NCBI GenBank assembly: GCA_030619825.1
Contig: JAUXAS010000030.1
Location: 1 to 10,228 of the forward strand
Source of the DNA: Hadesarchaea archaeon
Lineage (GTDB): Archaea; Hadarchaeota; Hadarchaeia; Hadarchaeales; Hadarchaeaceae
DNA: 10,228 bases
Direction: 5' to 3'
Shown one piece after another: positions 6,813 through 10,228 of this stretch; positions within the stretch are counted from its first letter, which is position 1; every line of letters starts with the position of its first letter. Both the position numbers and the translations under genes were made by a program. The notes beneath the pieces are model-generated. The model was given only the letters and a program-made list of their open reading frames with translations. It was not told the DNA's origin and did no database searches.

Positions 6813-7267
6813 CCGCCGCGCTTTAGGGGTGCTTCCTCCCAGGGAAAGACGATCCATTTATCCGTTTCGAACCTGTAATAATCCGGCTTGAAGCGCGATT
6901 TCGGCTTATACGCGATGGTTGCGACGCGTATCTCCTTCGCTCCCTTGCGCTTGAGGTGTTTGAGCACGAACTCCAAGCTCGTGCCTGTATCCGTGACATC
7001 ATCGACGACCAACACCTTGCCCGAGATTCTCTTGATGTCGACATAGAGCTCAGGTTTCTTGAGGTGCAGGTTGACGCCCTTGTAGTACTTCACGTGAATG
7101 ACGCGCAGAAGCTTGTCCCCAAGCAGGTGTGAGAGCCGCACGGCGGGGATTAGACCGCCTCGGGCTATGCCGACGATGACATCTGGATCGAACTCGCGCT
7201 TTATGGTGTCGGCTAGAGCAGTAACGGCCTCCTCGACTTCTTCCCAACTCATCGATACGAGTTCCAT
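6806..7267 (-). CDS. Type I phosphoribosyltransferase, purine (hypoxanthine/guanine/xanthine, Gpt-like) type; short paralog
   Basis: 153 aa from ATG 7267 (the upstream extension to 7354 looks non-coding). Has SWEEV, VGIARGGLIPA, PRPP motif VLVVDDVTDTGTSL, KP....PDYY and WIVFPWE. Confidence 0.92.
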   Translation of the reverse strand: MELVSMSWEEVEEAVTALADTIKREFDPDVIVGIARGGLIPAVRLSHLLGDKLLRVIHVKYYKGVNLHLKKPELYVDIKRISGKVLVVDDVTDTGTSLEFVLKHLKRKGAKEIRVATIAYKPKSRFKPDYYRFETDKWIVFPWEEAPLKRGGQ

Positions 7268-7399
7268 CGCGGCCACTGGTGAAATAATCTCAGATGATGA
7301 ATTAAAAAAGGATTGCTGACGCACGAAATTGTAGCCACTTTCCCTGGCTTGCATAACGTTTAATCACTCAGCACTTCAAAACTTTTATTGGTACGAAAA

Positions 7400-7570
7400 A
7401 TGGGCAGGGTTACCGGCGTATGCACGATATGCGGGCGGGCCAGCGTCGATGTCTATCGCTGCGGAATCTGCGGCAGCACGGTTTGCTCGCGCTGCTTCAT
7501 GCACGACATCAACGTCTGCAGGCGATGCCTCAGGCGCGGGCTCTGGGTAAGCGATCGCGGCCCGGAGTAA
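7400..7570 (+). CDS. Small cysteine-rich protein with four CxxC pairs (probable two-zinc finger)
   Basis: 56 aa MGRVTGVCTICGRASVDVYRCGICGSTVCSRCFMHDINVCRRCLRRG... Regular CTIC/CGIC/CSRC/CRRC spacing, and it fills an otherwise empty gap. Alternative TTG start at 7388. Confidence 0.8.
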   Translation: MGRVTGVCTICGRASVDVYRCGICGSTVCSRCFMHDINVCRRCLRRGLWVSDRGPE

Positions 7571-7598
7571 CTCATGTATTGCAGTTTTGAGGTAAAAC

Positions 7599-8000
7599 AT
7601 GCTAAACCTCGAGACTCTCGAACAAATCGAGGAATTGCTCAGCGAACTAAGAAAATGCTCCGCCCAAGGTGTGCCCATCTTGGTCGAGGGTGCGGATGAT
7701 GAGAGGTCCCTGCGCAGGCTAGGGGTGGAGGGGCGCATTTTCAGAGCTTCAGGCAGCGGCAAAACCCTGCTGAATTTCCTCGAAGGCTTGGCCGGCTTTA
7801 AACAAATTATTATTTTGACCGACTTCGACCGAGCCGGCGATAAACTCGCAAAGTTCTCTACCGAGCACTTGAAGAGGCTTGGAGTTGAGCCGGTGGTCGA
7901 GTTTCGGGAGAAGCTCAAAGCGATCCTTCGCAAGGACGTCAAGGACATCGAGGGGCTCGCGAGGTTCCTCCGCGGCCAACGAATTGCCCTCAAGCACTAG
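7599..8000 (+). CDS. UPF0292-type small Toprim-domain protein (RNase M5/primase-like)
   Basis: 133 aa with Toprim motifs ILVEGADD and IILTDFDRAG and C-terminal KDIEGL. SD GAGGT at 7589..7593. Confidence 0.9.
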   Translation: MLNLETLEQIEELLSELRKCSAQGVPILVEGADDERSLRRLGVEGRIFRASGSGKTLLNFLEGLAGFKQIIILTDFDRAGDKLAKFSTEHLKRLGVEPVVEFREKLKAILRKDVKDIEGLARFLRGQRIALKH

Positions 8001-8617
8001 CAGCCATCATCTCCAGCTAGAATCTGTGGGGTGAACTTTTTGACGATCGAGGGTTTTATACCAATCCGCGCGAGCTCGGCCTCTATCTTCTCCCGTGACT
8101 TGCCCTGTCCCTTCAACTTCAAAATTATCTTTCTCAATGTCTCATAGATTTCGTGGGGGAAACATATCCATGCGTCGGTCGTGCGCGCACAGAAGTCCGG
8201 GGTCACAACCGACCACGGCTTGGAGTAAAGCGCACAGATTTTAACATCAGCCACACCTTGGTCAAACAAGTGTTTCTTGACCAGCTTGAGACTTTTCCCG
8301 GAGTCGGCGATGTCGTCCACCAGCAATATCCGTTTTCCCCTAACTTCAATGGGCAAGGGCTGCGTTATCTTCGGGCGGGCGCGCGTCTTGTAAATACCGA
8401 TGTAATGCTCGACCTTGATGGTGGCGATGTTTGGGTTCTCAAGTAAGTCGGACAGAACCCTTCCAGGAACCCACCCGCCCCGCGATATCGCCACAAGCAG
8501 ATCCGGCTTGTAGCCGTTGCGCCTGATCTGATCCGCAACTTGGATGCAGAGCTCGTAGATGTGGCCCCAGCTCGGCGCCTCATATTTCTCAGGTTTTTTA
8601 GGGGATGATATGGACAC
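7997..8617 (-). CDS. Type I phosphoribosyltransferase, purine type; long paralog with C-terminal extension
   Basis: 206 aa from GTG. Has PSW..I, VAISRGGWVPGR, PRPP motif ILLVDDIADSGKSL, KPWS...PDF, WICFPHE and about 50 aa of extra basic, probably helical, tail. Confidence 0.92.
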   Translation of the reverse strand: MSISSPKKPEKYEAPSWGHIYELCIQVADQIRRNGYKPDLLVAISRGGWVPGRVLSDLLENPNIATIKVEHYIGIYKTRARPKITQPLPIEVRGKRILLVDDIADSGKSLKLVKKHLFDQGVADVKICALYSKPWSVVTPDFCARTTDAWICFPHEIYETLRKIILKLKGQGKSREKIEAELARIGIKPSIVKKFTPQILAGDDGC

Positions 8618-8640
8618 GCATCTTATTGGATTCTCTGGCG

Positions 8641-8655
8641 CTATTAAAACTTGCC
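8641..8655 (-). promoter_or_regulatory. Putative BRE/TATA (GGCAAG-TTTTAATAG) for the long PRTase
   Basis: The TATA at 8649..8642 is 25-32 nt upstream of GTG 8617 and no SD is visible, consistent with a leaderless or nearly leaderless mRNA. Confidence 0.55.
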
Positions 8656-8662
8656 GAGTTGG

Positions 8663-9304
8663 CTAGAGATAATCCAAAAGCTGGGGGAAATGTTCAAAAT
8701 CGCGGATTACGACATCTGCGACACCCGCAAGTTCCGAGTCCGCTCCTATCGCCACTCCCAACCCAGCGTGCTTCAAAAAATTCACGTCGTACTTGCTATC
8801 GCCGACCGCGACGCACTGCTGCAGGCTTACGCCGAGCTCACCCACCAGCCCTGTCAACACTTCGTGCTTGAAACGCGGCTCGACGCGGAAGATGCCCTCA
8901 CCGGTCAGGCGGCCCTTCTCATCTGCGGCTAGCCCGTTCGAAAATACATATCGGATTCCAAGCCTCCGCACGAGCTCCTCCGCCAGCAGGTCGATCCCGC
9001 CCGTTATGACCACTGTCTGATACCCTCTCTGATGAATCTCCCCGACGACCCGCTCGACGTTCGGCGCCAACCTATAAGGGGTGAGCACGCGCTTGACCTG
9101 CTCGAGCGTCGGTACGGGCTTCCACAAAGCGATGTCGCGGCGCATGAACTCCGGGTAATCTATCTCTTCCTGATCATAGGCCTTAAGGTGGCGGCGAGCA
9201 GCCTCTTGGGTGCCGAAGTGGCGGTGGAGCACGCCCCAACAGCTGTCTTCCTCAGTCAGCGTGCCGTCCATGTCGAAGGCGATGAGCTTGTACCGCATCG
9301 TCAT
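8663..9304 (-). CDS. HAD-superfamily (IB) phosphatase, archaeal phosphoserine-phosphatase-like
   Basis: 213 aa with motif I AFDMDGTL, motif II ITGG, SNGL...G.LTG, motif III K, and motif IV VGDSKYD. Substrate not assignable. Confidence 0.9.
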   Translation of the reverse strand: MTMRYKLIAFDMDGTLTEEDSCWGVLHRHFGTQEAARRHLKAYDQEEIDYPEFMRRDIALWKPVPTLEQVKRVLTPYRLAPNVERVVGEIHQRGYQTVVITGGIDLLAEELVRRLGIRYVFSNGLAADEKGRLTGEGIFRVEPRFKHEVLTGLVGELGVSLQQCVAVGDSKYDVNFLKHAGLGVAIGADSELAGVADVVIRDFEHFPQLLDYL

Positions 9305-9352
9305 CCCAGCAAATACTGATTTATCTTTACAGTAATATTGATTGGAGGTATA

Positions 9353-9808
9353 ATGGTGATAGAGTGGTTAGTTTTTCTTATCTCCGTGGCGCCCTTCATT
9401 GAACTACGTGGTGCCATTCCACTCGCCATCGCTGCTGGATATGACCCAGTTTCCGTGTTCATAATATGTGTGGTGCTGAATCTGTTAATAATTCCAATTG
9501 CATTCGTTATGCTGGATTTCATCCTCCCGCCAATCCGCCGTAGAGTAAAATTTGTCGACCACATCTTCGGGTGGTTTGTAAAGCGAGCGCGTAAGCATCA
9601 GAGGTTGAGCTTGGTTGGACTCGCGGCATTCGTTGGCATCCCCCTGCCTGTCACCGGCGCATACACCGGCGCGCTCATAGCCTATACGGTGGGCATCGAC
9701 CGAAAACGTGCAGCGCTGGCAATCGCGGCTGGTGTCGTTATAGCGGGCATAATCATATGGGTTCTAGCAACCCTTGGGATAATCTGGATTCGGGGTGTAT
9801 CACTGTAA
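9353..9808 (+). CDS. COG2426 / putative small multi-drug export family membrane protein
   Basis: Has signature PFIELRGAIPLAI and FVGIPLPVTGAYTGAL, with 4 hydrophobic segments. SD GGAGGT at 9344..9349 favours ATG 9353 or GTG 9356 over TTG 9338. Confidence 0.9.
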   Translation: MVIEWLVFLISVAPFIELRGAIPLAIAAGYDPVSVFIICVVLNLLIIPIAFVMLDFILPPIRRRVKFVDHIFGWFVKRARKHQRLSLVGLAAFVGIPLPVTGAYTGALIAYTVGIDRKRAALAIAAGVVIAGIIIWVLATLGIIWIRGVSL

Positions 9809-9896
9809 AAATGCCCCACGAAAATTTGTTGATGTAATAAAACAAATGTCCGCGCTGCAAAATTACGGGAGCTGGCGCGCGAATCCCAAGTCCAAG

Positions 9897-9930
9897 CTTT
9901 TAAGCGCGCGCTCGCAATAAATTTGGGAGG
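9897..9930 (+). promoter_or_regulatory. Putative minD promoter (TATA-like TTTTAAG) and SD (GGAGG)
   Basis: TTTTAAG at 9898..9904 and GGAGG at 9926..9930, 9 nt before TTG 9940. Confidence 0.5.
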
Positions 9931-9939
9931 CGGGAGTAT

Positions 9940-10228
9940 TTGCGCGCTCGACCACGTTCGATAAGCATCGCATCTGGTAAAGGTGGCACAGGAAAAACCA
10001 CGTTGACAGCGAATCTGGGTATCGCCCTCGGCAGTCTCGGACGCGATGTATGTATTTTGGACGGCGACCTCGCGATGGCGAACTTGGGGATTATCATGGG
10101 AATGCATAAGTGTGAAGTGAGTTTTTTAGATGTTCTAACGGGGGAGGCTGATATTAAAGACGTGATTTATGAAAACCACGGCATAAAAGTCGTCCCGACT
10201 GGCTTTCGTTTTGAAGATGTACATGACG
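9940..10228 (+). CDS. minD: Archaeal MinD-family ATPase, N-terminal part (runs off the right edge)
   Basis: Not in the ORF track (no stop in window). Translation MRARPRSISIASGKGGTGKTTLTANLGIALGSLGRDVCILDGDLAMANLGIIMG...FLDVLTGEADIKDVIY...KVVP has the deviant Walker A (KGGTGKTT) and the DxD..MANL motif of archaeal MinD. Confidence 0.92.
   Translation, partial: MRARPRSISIASGKGGTGKTTLTANLGIALGSLGRDVCILDGDLAMANLGIIMGMHKCEVSFLDVLTGEADIKDVIYENHGIKVVPTGFRFEDVHD

Noticed and set aside
7294..7350. Possible C/D-box sRNA (ATGATGA at 7294..7300, CTGA at 7316..7319)
   Set aside because: No convincing C' box or terminal CTGA D box follows, and the would-be guide is an A-tract better explained as the minus-strand TATA. 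A snoscan search or small-RNA reads could revive it.
7268..7354. 29-aa N-terminal extension of the short PRTase
   Set aside because: Low-complexity translation of an AT-rich spacer containing a probable TATA box (TTTTTAAT, about 7308..7301). Family similarity starts at Met 7267.
808..8665. Several TAG stops (pcm, fen, Toprim, long PRTase, HAD) as possible pyrrolysine/read-through
   Set aside because: Each TAG falls at a plausible family C-terminus (e.g. just after the FEN1 PIP box) and is followed closely by another gene or promoter.
9811..9920. Tiny ORFs in the COG2426-minD spacer (8 aa from 9811; 24 aa from 9846)
   Set aside because: No SD, no motifs, lengths expected by chance, and the longer one runs over the putative minD TATA.
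5615..10107. Antisense and alternative-frame ORFs such as 5877..6323, 7385..7993, 9301..9564, 9682..10107 and 9900..10097
   Set aside because: They overlap confidently identified genes and show no family resemblance.
1..10228. CRISPR array, tRNA/rRNA, IS element, provirus or defence system
   Set aside because: No direct-repeat array, cloverleaf, transposase/integrase or defence-gene motifs were seen. All spacers are about 130 bp or shorter. The Toprim gene lacks the ATPase partner of OLD/Gabija nucleases.

Overview
Densely packed archaeal (euryarchaeal-type) core-genome window with moderately high GC. A Hadarchaeota/MSBL1-like lineage is plausible but cannot be established from the sequence alone. 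It carries 15 protein-coding genes: a DUF371-family gene (5' part, off the left edge), pcm, fen (FEN1), rpoK/rpo6, a thermosome subunit, the radical-SAM tetraether synthase Tes (MJ0619/GDGT-MAS family), a TrmB-family regulator overlapping carS (CDP-archaeol synthase), two paralogous purine-type phosphoribosyltransferases flanking a small 8-Cys zinc-finger gene and a UPF0292 Toprim gene, a SerB-like HAD phosphatase, a COG2426 membrane protein and minD (5' part, off the right edge). No mobile element, CRISPR array, tRNA or rRNA was recognised. Most genes are known housekeeping families, so no wholly new system can be claimed. The best leads are: (1) a tes <-> trmB-carS divergon that may be a regulated ether-lipid module; (2) an rpoK gene lacking a canonical start (probable ATT start, or a -1 frameshift); (3) an HSR1/Phr-like heat-shock operator in the thermosome promoter; (4) a 10-mer shared at identical TATA spacing by the thermosome and fen promoters. 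All family assignments come from motif recognition, not database searches.
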